Below are positions 1 to 7,999 of a stretch of 36,272 nucleotides of DNA, piece by piece; positions within the stretch are counted from its first letter, which is position 1, and every line of letters begins with the position of its first letter. The notes below the pieces were generated by a model. It had not been told where the DNA came from. It did no database searches and was given only the letters and a program-made list of their open reading frames with translations. The DNA lies in the NCBI GenBank assembly GCA_022360595.1, contig JAKSCN010000617.1, positions 1-36,272 of the forward strand, in the 5' to 3' direction. The translations under genes and the position numbers were made by a program. This stretch comes from Chromatiales bacterium. GTDB taxonomy: Bacteria; Pseudomonadota; Gammaproteobacteria; Chromatiales; Chromatiaceae.

Positions 1-2368
1 CATCGAATTTCATTGGCGTATCATCACCGGGCATCACATATTTCTGGTCTTTATCCATAGTGACAATATTGGAGATATAGATATCGGGCAACAGGTCGTT
101 ATTGATATCCGAGATACCAATATTCATGGTGTACGATGGCTTATCGACACCCAGGGACGCAGCAACGTTTTTAAACTTACCCTGCCCCTGGTTCAGGTAG
201 TAGGCGTTAATACCGAAGTCATTACCAACGATAATATCCTGCAAACCGTCCCGATTCAGATCAGTGTGTGATAGGGCCTGAGTCCAACCACGATTGTCCA
301 CTCCACTCTCAGCAGTGACGTTTTTAAACTTAAAATCTCCCAGATTCTTGAATAGCTGATTAGGCAGGCCATTGAAATTTCGGCGCGCCAAAGTGGGCTT
401 GATACCTTCTATATATTGTCCAAAGTAGCCGACATAGAGGTCCAACAAACCATCATTATCAAAATCGGCCACCACTGCGGGGCCGGCAACTAATCCTTTA
501 CCCCCGAATCCGGCTTGAGCGGTTACATCCTGAAATGTCCCATTTCCCAGGTTACGATAGAGCCTATGATCATCGTTGACATAAGAGATAAAAATATCGG
601 CATGCCCATCATTATCAAAGTCTGCGATGATCGGCTGACGCGGTTCGCCGGGCAGTTCATCTTCCGGACGATTCCAGGCGACACCTGATGCTTGGGTGAC
701 ATCTTTAAAGCGGCCGTTACCCTGATTCAGATAGAGCTTATTGCCGCGTCCGCCCAACAGCAGTACATCGGGCAGGTCATCATTATTGATATCTTCCGCC
801 GCTACCCCAGAGCCGCCGAACGCTGGCGGTACCGCCAAAACAGCCACTTCGCGGTTCTTGACCGTATACGAACGGATCATACGACTCAGCCAATCGGCAG
901 AGGCGTGGCGGAATTGAATGCCACTCCGTTGGGTGACATCTTCAAAGTAGTAACCACTCTGCTCGATCTCCCGGCTATTATCGGCCGATACGATAGCGGC
1001 ACTCTCCTCTTCACTCGCCACATTCGCGTGCGACTCATTGATTAAAGTCTGGATCTCTTCAAGCGCTGCCTGCACATGTGCTTTGCTCAAACGCTCTGCC
1101 TGCTCCTTCTGGGCAATCTCGCCGGCTTTACGCAAAATCAACACACCAAACTGCGCGATATTCTCGACAATCACCTCCAACGCAAAAGGATCAGGTTCCA
1201 ATATAATTTTATCCGTCATTTCGTCCAGCGCCGAGCCGAAATACTGCCAGTGCAAGCCACTGTCGCGAAACGCATCCATGTCATAGGCTTCGATCACCTC
1301 TTGCTTATCAGAGGACAAGGTTGGAAAGAAAATCGCATCTTCATACTCGTTGATACGGTGTGGTAACAACAGATGCACATAGGCGTTCACATCGCTATAG
1401 CGCAAGCGACGATGTTTCTCTATCTGGGCAACCTGCTGGCTGCCCAGATAGAGGGTTTTGGTAAAGGAGATCAAGGCCTCATTGAACAGAACTTTCAGAT
1501 CACGACCTTGTTGGGGATCGGTGGGCCAGCGATGCCGGGCAAAGTAGACCTGAATATTGCGCATAAACACCGGCATGGCGATGTTGTTATAGGCCTCGTA
1601 GGATTTGAGTTTTTGACCAATGATCTTTTTGATAGTGTCCAGATTGACTTCACCACTATCGCCTATCTTTTCCGCATAGTTGCCACTCTGAGCAAGGCTG
1701 GGCGGCATCAGCCGCCCCCAAGCCGTCTCAATCAACTCTCCTTCCACACTGTATTTATCCTGTAGACGAGCGGCGTTATCGGCCAACTGGAGCGCCCCCA
1801 GGGTAAGCACATCCAGGAGCCGCTTCAGCTCATCAACGGCGCTCTTCTCCAACGGCAGATAACGATCCCGAACACGCTCTCCAAGATCCTGCTGCACGCC
1901 CAGAATGGCCCTCAATGCGTAGGCGATGCTGGAGTATTGGCGAATATCATCAACGTTCAGCGTGATCTGTTTTTGATCGACGGTCGTCAGGCTAAGATCA
2001 CCGGAGAGCTGCCGCTTAATGTTGAACAACCGGTCAATCTCACTTTTGATTTCCGTCCCTGTTAAGCTGCTTTTCCCAGCTTGCTTGGCCGCCGTTGTCG
2101 CTCGCTCCCAGAGGTCGATAATCAAGTTTTTTTGCAGGTCTATTTTCTTCTGCCGGGCAGCCTCGGTCAGCGGCGTGCCATACATGAAGTTCTCTAATCT
2201 GGAGGCGGTGGCCAGGCATTTGGGATCGCGTTCACTCTCCAGTTGTCCGATAACATCGAGAATTTCATTGAGTCCGTTAACAGCACTCTTTTCTGCGGCC
2301 ATTCCATTGAAAGGAGCCAAGCCAATAATCAAACCAATACTCAGCACTCTGGAAAAGGAGTGAAACAT
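1..2368 (-). CDS. Secreted FG-GAP/VCBS-repeat protein of the CRTAC1 / ASPIC-UnbV type; N-terminal ~789 codons only, ORF runs off the left edge
   Basis: Absent from the supplied ORF track, presumably because there is no stop in the window. My own reverse-strand translation starts at the ATG at 2368..2366 (GGTGGA 6 nt upstream). It gives MFHSFSRVLSIGLIIGLAPFNGMAAEKS (signal-peptide-like), then ~330 aa with no motif I recognise. Repeated FG-GAP/VCBS units follow: VAAEDINNDDLPDVLLLG..NKLYLNQGNGRFKDVT; IIADFDNDGHADIFIS..HRLYRNLGNGTFQDVT; VVADFDNDGLLDLYVG; HTDLNRDGLQDIIVGND..YYLNQGQGKFKNV; ISDINNDLLPDIYISN. I saw no in-frame stop down to position 1. The + strand ORFs listed here are short shadow ORFs. 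Confidence 0.75.
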   Translation of the reverse strand, partial: MFHSFSRVLSIGLIIGLAPFNGMAAEKSAVNGLNEILDVIGQLESERDPKCLATASRLENFMYGTPLTEAARQKKIDLQKNLIIDLWERATTAAKQAGKSSLTGTEIKSEIDRLFNIKRQLSGDLSLTTVDQKQITLNVDDIRQYSSIAYALRAILGVQQDLGERVRDRYLPLEKSAVDELKRLLDVLTLGALQLADNAARLQDKYSVEGELIETAWGRLMPPSLAQSGNYAEKIGDSGEVNLDTIKKIIGQKLKSYEAYNNIAMPVFMRNIQVYFARHRWPTDPQQGRDLKVLFNEALISFTKTLYLGSQQVAQIEKHRRLRYSDVNAYVHLLLPHRINEYEDAIFFPTLSSDKQEVIEAYDMDAFRDSGLHWQYFGSALDEMTDKIILEPDPFALEVIVENIAQFGVLILRKAGEIAQKEQAERLSKAHVQAALEEIQTLINESHANVASEEESAAIVSADNSREIEQSGYYFEDVTQRSGIQFRHASADWLSRMIRSYTVKNREVAVLAVPPAFGGSGVAAEDINNDDLPDVLLLGGRGNKLYLNQGNGRFKDVTQASGVAWNRPEDELPGEPRQPIIADFDNDGHADIFISYVNDDHRLYRNLGNGTFQDVTAQAGFGGKGLVAGPAVVADFDNDGLLDLYVGYFGQYIEGIKPTLARRNFNGLPNQLFKNLGDFKFKNVTAESGVDNRGWTQALSHTDLNRDGLQDIIVGNDFGINAYYLNQGQGKFKNVAASLGVDKPSYTMNIGISDINNDLLPDIYISNIVTMDKDQKYVMPGDDTPMKFD

Positions 2369-2399
2369 AGAACATCCACCTACACTGTTTTTTGGGGAA

Positions 2400-3167
2400 T
2401 TAACCTCGAGCCAAACCTTTCTCCGAGGTCAGCAGAAATTGGTACATCGTCTGCACAAATTGATTTTCGCTCTCTTTAATCTCTTCCATCACCGTGGCCA
2501 GTGTCTTCTCAGATTTAAAAATCGCTTTGTAGACTTTATGAATTTCACGGATATCGGCTTTAGAGACGCCCTGGCGCTCCAGCCCGACTTTGTTGATAGT
2601 GACCGTGGCGGCCGGAATACCATCGGCAATACAGTATGGGAGCACATCATGAGTCAATTTGGCATAGGCGCCAACAAACGCGTACTCACCGATCTTCACG
2701 AACTGAATTACCCCAGACATGCCGCTGATAATCGCGCCCTTGCCCATGATCACATGCCCGGAGAGTTTGGCGCCACTGCTTAAAATAACGTAATCATTCA
2801 GAATACAATCATGGGCAACATGACAATAAGCCTGAATCAGAACATGATCGCCGATGATCGTCTCATCGCCATCATGAGTTGCGGCATGTACAGTGGCATA
2901 TTCTCGAATTGAGTTGTGATTACCGATACGCACCTTCGGGGTGCCGCCTTCGTATTTCAGATCCTGAGTGCGCTTGCCCAGACAGGCGTATGAGTAGATT
3001 TCATTCTCGTCGCCGATAGTGGTGTGGCCATCGAGGGTCACATGGGAGTGAATGATATTGTTCTTACCAATGGTTACATCTGGACCAATTACACAGAACG
3101 GCCCTACTGTGGTGCCTTCTCCAATAATTGCACCATCCTCAACTACCGCTGTAGGATGTATTTGCAT
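2400..3167 (-). CDS. lpxA: Acyl-ACP--UDP-N-acetylglucosamine O-acyltransferase (LpxA)
   Basis: 255 aa. The product aligns by eye along its whole length with E. coli LpxA: IHPTAVVEDGAIIGEGTTVGPFCVIGP.., hexapeptide repeats, the CHVAHDC catalytic His region, and a C-terminal helical domain (..IREIHKVYKAIFKSEKTL..). GAGG lies 7 nt before the ATG. It ends 31 nt upstream of the FG-GAP gene start on the same strand. Confidence 0.9.
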   Translation of the reverse strand: MQIHPTAVVEDGAIIGEGTTVGPFCVIGPDVTIGKNNIIHSHVTLDGHTTIGDENEIYSYACLGKRTQDLKYEGGTPKVRIGNHNSIREYATVHAATHDGDETIIGDHVLIQAYCHVAHDCILNDYVILSSGAKLSGHVIMGKGAIISGMSGVIQFVKIGEYAFVGAYAKLTHDVLPYCIADGIPAATVTINKVGLERQGVSKADIREIHKVYKAIFKSEKTLATVMEEIKESENQFVQTMYQFLLTSEKGLARG

Positions 3168-3277
3168 AGAGAACCTCGTTATTAATTCTGAATACCAAAT
3201 GGTTCTTCTGCGGCTCGCTCAGGGCCGTATATTCGGCCTATTTGTCAATCCTGCAGACTAACAGTGAATTCTAGCAC

Positions 3278-4186
3278 TCACTCGCCTTTAGCAATACCAC
3301 CCAGGGCGTCAAAAAGTCGGGGTAAAAAGCGCTCCAGCTCCAGGCTCATTAGAGAGAAGTCGACATCAAAACGGGTCGCCTCATCGCCGCCCTCAGCCTC
3401 GGCGGCCTCCTCCTGAATCACATCAAGGAACCTAAGGCGTCTCACGGTCATATCGTCCGCCAATAGAAACGATAAACGCTCACCCCAGTCGAGGGCCAGA
3501 CGCACCACCTGCTTGCCCGCGTTGATGTGGGTCGCAATCTCCTCACTTTCAAGATCCTGGCGACGACAACGTACAATCGCCCCCTCTTCCACGGGATCAC
3601 GCAGTTCACACTCATCCTGCACAATGAACTCACCAGAGGGATGACCGTTCAGCCAAGCCGTCATCACCGCGGCAGGCGACTGCTCGACGGCAACCGGGCG
3701 AACCTGAAAGGTACCCAGTGTCTCGCGCATCAGGGTAATCAGCTCTTCAGCCCGCTTGGGGCTTGAAGCATCGACCACCAGCCAACCGTTTTTAGCGTCT
3801 ATATAAGCGTAGGTTTGAGAAGACTTACTGAAGGCTTTAGGCAGCAGATCCTGCATGATTTCATCACGCAACTCGGTCTGCTCGCGCCGACGCACCTTTC
3901 GCGCCTCCGCCTCCTCGATCTCAGCAATGCGTTCTGCCAACACCTCGCGCACCACCGCGGCGGGCAACACCTTCTCATCCTTGCGGACACAGACCATAGT
4001 GCACTTACCCACAGCGTGGGTTAGTTGCGATCCGGCGCGCCCCAACGGGCTTTGCCAGCCAATTGTGGCCATCTCCAGACTGCCGCATGCTCTGGCCGCC
4101 TTCTCTTGGAGCTGCTCATGCAGAGCCTCGGGAGTCAGCTCAAACGGCTTGGTTAAAAGGTAGATCTGAAGATTTCTAAACCACAT
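3278..4186 (-). CDS. rdgC: Recombination-associated protein RdgC
   Basis: The ORF track gives 3278..4258. Homology to E. coli RdgC (MLWFKNLMVY...) begins at the internal Met25, MWFRNLQIYLLTKPFEL (ATG at 4186). This gives 302 aa versus 303 aa in E. coli, with similarity over the full length (..GKCTMVCVRKDEKVLPAAVV.., ..HINAGKQVVRLALDW..). Confidence 0.9.
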   Translation of the reverse strand: MWFRNLQIYLLTKPFELTPEALHEQLQEKAARACGSLEMATIGWQSPLGRAGSQLTHAVGKCTMVCVRKDEKVLPAAVVREVLAERIAEIEEAEARKVRRREQTELRDEIMQDLLPKAFSKSSQTYAYIDAKNGWLVVDASSPKRAEELITLMRETLGTFQVRPVAVEQSPAAVMTAWLNGHPSGEFIVQDECELRDPVEEGAIVRCRRQDLESEEIATHINAGKQVVRLALDWGERLSFLLADDMTVRRLRFLDVIQEEAAEAEGGDEATRFDVDFSLMSLELERFLPRLFDALGGIAKGE

Positions 4187-4342
4187 CTGTCTGCCCTGGC
4201 AAAAAGGGGCCATTATGACCAAAGCAGACCATCCTTTCCAGCTATCAGAGAGAACCATTTCTCTGTTTTGAAAATAGTTTTTTCTTTTTAAAACAGGCAG
4301 GTGAAATAAACAATCAATAAGTTACATCAAATTTATATTATC

Positions 4343-5425
4343 TTATAAAGCCATCAGAACGGGTTGCCTGCGGGGGCCCCAATTACCCGGCAGCGGTTCA
4401 AATACCCCGGGACATGGCGTGTTGCACTCGGGACACCGGCCATCTTCCGTCAGCCGCCAGGCGCCAAGCTGATACCAATCCCTTACAATCAGCAGCTCAC
4501 CACAGTGATGACACCAGGTGCTTCCTCCATGGCTGTCATGCACATTACCGGTGTAAGCAAATTGAAGGCCGTTTTCCAGCGCAATCTTCCGGGCCCGAGT
4601 CAATGTTGCAGGCGGTGTCGGCGGTGTCTGAAGCATTTTGTAATCGGGGTGGAAAGCGGTGAAGTGGATCGGCACATCCGGCCCCAGATTATCCATGATC
4701 CATTGGGTCATCTGATGCAACTCCTCATCGGAATCATTCTCCCCGGGAATAAGCAGATTGGTCAGTTCAAACCAGACAGATGTCTCATGCTTTAGATACA
4801 CCAATGTATCCAACACGGGTGCTAACGATCCGCTTGTCAGCTTTTTATAGAATCGTTCACTAAATGCTTTCAAATCAACATTGGCTGCATCCATGTATCG
4901 GTAAAAGTGTTCACGTGGCTCAGGCATGATATAGCCGGCTGTTACCGCCACACTCTTAATGCCTTGTTCGCGGCAAGCGATGGCCGTATCGACGGCGTAC
5001 TCCATAAAAATCACCGGATCGTTATAGGTGAACGCAACACTGCGACACCCCAGCGCTTTGGCCTTATGGGCAATTGCTTCCGGCATAGCACTGCTGGCCA
5101 GGGTGTCCATCTCACGGGACTTACTCATGTCCCAGTTCTGACAGAAACGGCAACTGAGATTGCAACCCGCTGTGCCAAACGACAGCACCGGTGTGCCGGG
5201 TAAAAAGTGGTTAAGGGGCTTTTTCTCAATCGGGTCGACACAGAATCCGCTGGAACGTCCATAACTGGTTAAGACTATCTCGCCGCCCTCACACGCCCGT
5301 ACAAAGCAGAGTCCCCGTTGTCCCTCTCTGAGTTTGCACTCACGTGGGCAGACATCGCACTGCACCCGTCCATCTTCACACTTGTGCCAATACTCGGTTG
5401 GATAGCTACTTGATTCCAAGATCAT
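4343..5425 (-). CDS. amrS: AmmeMemoRadiSam system radical SAM enzyme
   Basis: 360 aa. It carries the radical SAM CX3CX2C motif (AGCNLSCRFCQNW). There is an N-terminal Cys cluster (CDVCPRECKLREGQRGLC) and a C-terminal CxxC..CxxC pair (CHHCG..CPECNTPC). It is divergently adjacent to Memo-like and AMMECR1-like genes. Confidence 0.85.
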   Translation of the reverse strand: MILESSSYPTEYWHKCEDGRVQCDVCPRECKLREGQRGLCFVRACEGGEIVLTSYGRSSGFCVDPIEKKPLNHFLPGTPVLSFGTAGCNLSCRFCQNWDMSKSREMDTLASSAMPEAIAHKAKALGCRSVAFTYNDPVIFMEYAVDTAIACREQGIKSVAVTAGYIMPEPREHFYRYMDAANVDLKAFSERFYKKLTSGSLAPVLDTLVYLKHETSVWFELTNLLIPGENDSDEELHQMTQWIMDNLGPDVPIHFTAFHPDYKMLQTPPTPPATLTRARKIALENGLQFAYTGNVHDSHGGSTWCHHCGELLIVRDWYQLGAWRLTEDGRCPECNTPCPGVFEPLPGNWGPRRQPVLMAL

Positions 5426-5436
5426 ATTGCCTATAG

Positions 5437-5528
5437 TTTGTTACATATAACAAAAAAATATAATTAACTATTTATCTGTCACCTCACTGGCCATGCCAAA
5501 TCACACTTTCTCTTATAAAGTGTAGAAT
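5437..5528. promoter_or_regulatory. Divergent amrS / amrB-amrA control region with two inverted repeats and a candidate sigma-70 -10 element
   Basis: A 121-bp AT-rich spacer separates the two start codons. It contains TTTGTTA-cata-TAACAAA (5437..5454) and CACTTT-N7-AAAGTG (5504..5522). TAGAAT follows immediately at 5523..5528, with a weak -35 (ATCACA) 17 nt upstream on the + strand. Confidence 0.3.
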
Positions 5529-5546
5529 ACTAATGGATAACTGAAG

Positions 5547-6350
5547 ATGGGACTCATCATGACTACCATACGCCAAGCCAATGTTGCAGGTCTCTTCTAT
5601 CCCGATAACCCAGCGGAACTGGGCAGCCAGATCAGGGGTTATCTTGCCCAAGCTCCGGCAGAAATATCAGCCAGCAGGCCAAAGGCGCTGATTGCACCAC
5701 ATGCGGGTTATATCTACTCCGGCCCAATCGCCGCAAGCGCCTATCGTCAACTACAACCGATAGCCGACCAGATCAGTCGAGTCATTATTCTCGCGCCCGC
5801 TCATCGCATGGCGTTTCGAGGTCTGGCGGTCTCTGAGGCCGAAGAGTTTGAGACTCCCCTCGGCAAGGTTGAAGTCGACTGTGATGCACTCCTGCGACTC
5901 CAGGCCCTCGCACAGGTGCGCCAGGTTGAACCGGCGTTTGCCAATGAACACAGTATCGAAGTTCAACTCCCATTCCTGCAAACCGCTCTGCAAGAGTTCA
6001 AAATCGTTCCGCTATTGGTCAGCAACGCCAACGCTGAACAGGTGAGCCAAGTATTGGAACTGCTCTGGGGCGGCCCGGAAACATTGATTGTCATCAGCTC
6101 AGACTTGAGCCACTACCTGAGCTATGAGCAAGCCAAATCGATAGACAAAACCACCACGCAAGCGATCGAGGCACTGCAACCCAGTGCACTCTCTCTTGAG
6201 CAGGCCTGCGGCGGTATTCCAATCCAAGGGCTGCTGCTGAGCGCCAAACATCACAACTTACATGTCACCACCCTGGATCTTCGCAATTCAGGAGACACGG
6301 CCGGCACAAAAGACCGCGTGGTAGGATACGGCGCCTATGTGTTCAGTTGA
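5547..6350 (+). CDS. amrB: AmmeMemoRadiSam system protein B (Memo-like)
   Basis: 267 aa. N-terminal VAGLFYP and the APHAGYIYSG motif are typical of the Memo family. An alternative ATG at 5559 (MTTIRQ) cannot be excluded. The gene overlaps the next gene by 14 nt. Confidence 0.85.
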   Translation: MGLIMTTIRQANVAGLFYPDNPAELGSQIRGYLAQAPAEISASRPKALIAPHAGYIYSGPIAASAYRQLQPIADQISRVIILAPAHRMAFRGLAVSEAEEFETPLGKVEVDCDALLRLQALAQVRQVEPAFANEHSIEVQLPFLQTALQEFKIVPLLVSNANAEQVSQVLELLWGGPETLIVISSDLSHYLSYEQAKSIDKTTTQAIEALQPSALSLEQACGGIPIQGLLLSAKHHNLHVTTLDLRNSGDTAGTKDRVVGYGAYVFS

Positions 6351-6918
6351 AAAAGCAGATCCCCTGCTCAGTGATGCAGGAAAAACCGAACTGCTCGAAA
6401 TAGCCATCACCTCCATAAAGCATGGCTTGGAGCAAGAGAGGCCGCTACCCCTCGATCCCAATGACTACTCGGAAGAACTGCAGGTCGAACGCGCCTGCTT
6501 TGTTACCCTGCACAGAGAGGGCAATCTAAGGGGCTGCATCGGCAGTCTGGAGGCGACCCAACCGCTTGTAGCGGATGTCGCCGAGAACGCCTTCTCCGCG
6601 GCTTTTCGCGATCCACGTTTCGATAGACTGACAAAAACCGAGCTGACCGGCCTGGAGATCCACATCTCAGTACTAACGCCCTCGACCCCCATGCGGTTTA
6701 ATTCAGAAGCCGAGCTGCTCAGGCAGATCCGCCCAGGTATTGATGGGCTGATCCTTACCGAAGGATCACGCCGTGGCACCTTTCTCCCATCAGTCTGGGA
6801 CGCACTTCCCGAACCGACAACCTTTCTGCAACAGCTCAAGCGTAAGGCGGGACTACCCGGCGACTACTGGTCGGAGAAAATCGAGATCGCCCGTTATCAG
6901 ACACTCTCTTTTCCCTAG
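6337..6918 (+). CDS. amrA: AmmeMemoRadiSam system protein A (AMMECR1 domain)
   Basis: 193 aa. CFVTLHREGNLRGCIGSLEA..AFRDPRF matches the AMMECR1 signature region. The ATG at 6337 lies inside the amrB 3' end, which suggests translational coupling. Confidence 0.85.
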   Translation: MCSVEKADPLLSDAGKTELLEIAITSIKHGLEQERPLPLDPNDYSEELQVERACFVTLHREGNLRGCIGSLEATQPLVADVAENAFSAAFRDPRFDRLTKTELTGLEIHISVLTPSTPMRFNSEAELLRQIRPGIDGLILTEGSRRGTFLPSVWDALPEPTTFLQQLKRKAGLPGDYWSEKIEIARYQTLSFP

Positions 6919-6985
6919 AACCTGTTTACACTTTAGTCGTCGCTGTTGAAGCCTCAATAGCTGACGGGTAACGCCGAGTGGCGCC

Positions 6986-7906
6986 TTACTTAGGGATACA
7001 ATGCCCAACAGAACCGGGCCGACAGACTGATCCATTCAACCAGATCGCGTTATCCAGTCGGGTATTGGTGAAGACAGCCCCTCCAATCGAGGCCCCGGTC
7101 AAATCAGAAAAACTGAGATCAACATTCGTCAAATTAGCGTTGGTAAGATCGATATGGCGCAGCGTCGCCCCCTTGAGCAGACTACCCGTAAGGTCGGTGT
7201 AGCTAAGATCGGCGCCACTCAGATCAGCATATTGGATATCTGCTCCCATAAGCTGGGTGCCCGAGAGCCTCGCTCGTCTCAAAATGGCATTATTCAGCAG
7301 CGCCCCCTGCAACATTGCCGACTCCGCAACAAGCTGATCCAACCTGCAATTACGCCAATTCACGCCCGCTGCTGCCACTGCCTGACAATCGGGGTCATCA
7401 GCAGCGTTGGGCTTACCCAGAAACATGCCATACCCCACAGCGACGGCCACAATTGCCACCAACACACCAATGGCGGTTGTGGGGACACGCCGCTCTTCTA
7501 TCTCCCGGCGCAGTTCGCTCTTATTGGTGCGGTACTGCTGAAGAATATCATCCTCACCCTGGCGACGATCACCTTTGCGGCGATGCTGAAACTTTGCATT
7601 GTCATCACCATTTGATGACTGACGGCGATCATGGCCAGAACGCTCATCCTCCCTCATCCGCGCAGTCAGCAACGCATCAACATCCCCCTCCTCTATCGCC
7701 TTGCGTACATCCGGCGGAATAACTTCGGGAGTTTCAGCGACTGTCGCCCAGTTCTCCTTGTCCCGGCTCACCTCATCGGTCAGTTTTACCCTTCCGACCA
7801 CCAAAAACCGCCTCAACGTACCGGAAGGGAAAGGCCCCTTGATGCTATTGCTACGGCGGATATACCAGAGAACCTGCTTACCCGTCTGTGTTATGCCGTC
7901 ATTCAT
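6986..7906 (-). CDS. GYF_2 (DUF4339)-domain / single-TM / pentapeptide-repeat protein
   Basis: 306 aa. The N terminus WYIRRSNSIKGPFPSGTLRRFLVVGRVKLTDEVSRDKENWATV is GYF_2-like. A charged DRR-rich linker follows. There is one hydrophobic span (TTAIGVLVAIVAVAVGYGMFLG). The C-terminal ~130 aa are tandem pentapeptide repeats (ADLSGADLSYTDLTGSLLKGATLRHIDLTNANLTNVDLSFSDLTGASI). Confidence 0.8.
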   Translation of the reverse strand: MNDGITQTGKQVLWYIRRSNSIKGPFPSGTLRRFLVVGRVKLTDEVSRDKENWATVAETPEVIPPDVRKAIEEGDVDALLTARMREDERSGHDRRQSSNGDDNAKFQHRRKGDRRQGEDDILQQYRTNKSELRREIEERRVPTTAIGVLVAIVAVAVGYGMFLGKPNAADDPDCQAVAAAGVNWRNCRLDQLVAESAMLQGALLNNAILRRARLSGTQLMGADIQYADLSGADLSYTDLTGSLLKGATLRHIDLTNANLTNVDLSFSDLTGASIGGAVFTNTRLDNAIWLNGSVCRPGSVGHCIPK

Positions 7907-7930
7907 ATGCCCGTTTCTGTGCTGATGTCG

Positions 7931-7957
7931 TCAATTTATCGACGGATAGGTCGATAA
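7931..7957 (+). promoter_or_regulatory. Candidate FliA (sigma-28)-type promoter upstream of the fliK-like gene, embedded in an 8-bp inverted repeat
   Basis: TCAA-N15-GTCGATAA compares with the TAAA-N15-GCCGATAA consensus and lies 43 nt upstream of the ATG at 8000. The same sequence forms TTATCGAC-ggatag-GTCGATAA (7936..7957), so it could instead be an operator. Confidence 0.3.
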
Positions 7958-7999
7958 ACTATAGGAATTTCCCAACTACTACGGCTTTAAACACTATCC

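Noticed and set aside
692-2363. A series of short + strand ORFs (692..1045, 1076..1366, 1373..1765, 2019..2363) offered by the track in the first 2.4 kb.
   Set aside because: The minus strand carries one continuous, motif-rich FG-GAP/VCBS ORF across this whole region. The + strand ORFs are fragments with no recognisable features.
4187-4258. A 24-codon N-terminal extension of the rdgC ORF. Analogous extensions occur on rpsF (30529..30564), the DMT transporter (30682..30786), fliI (13894..13965) and DUF4124 (35832..35846).
   Set aside because: In each case homology or the signal peptide begins at an internal Met that has a better ribosome-binding context or operon junction.
5437-5448. The 12-mer TTTGTTACATAT occurs in the amrS/amrB intergenic region and again at 22149..22160 upstream of fleQ, which could suggest a common regulator site.
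   Set aside because: The rough expectation for chance 12-mer matches in this window is well above one. The second copy lacks the inverted-repeat partner.
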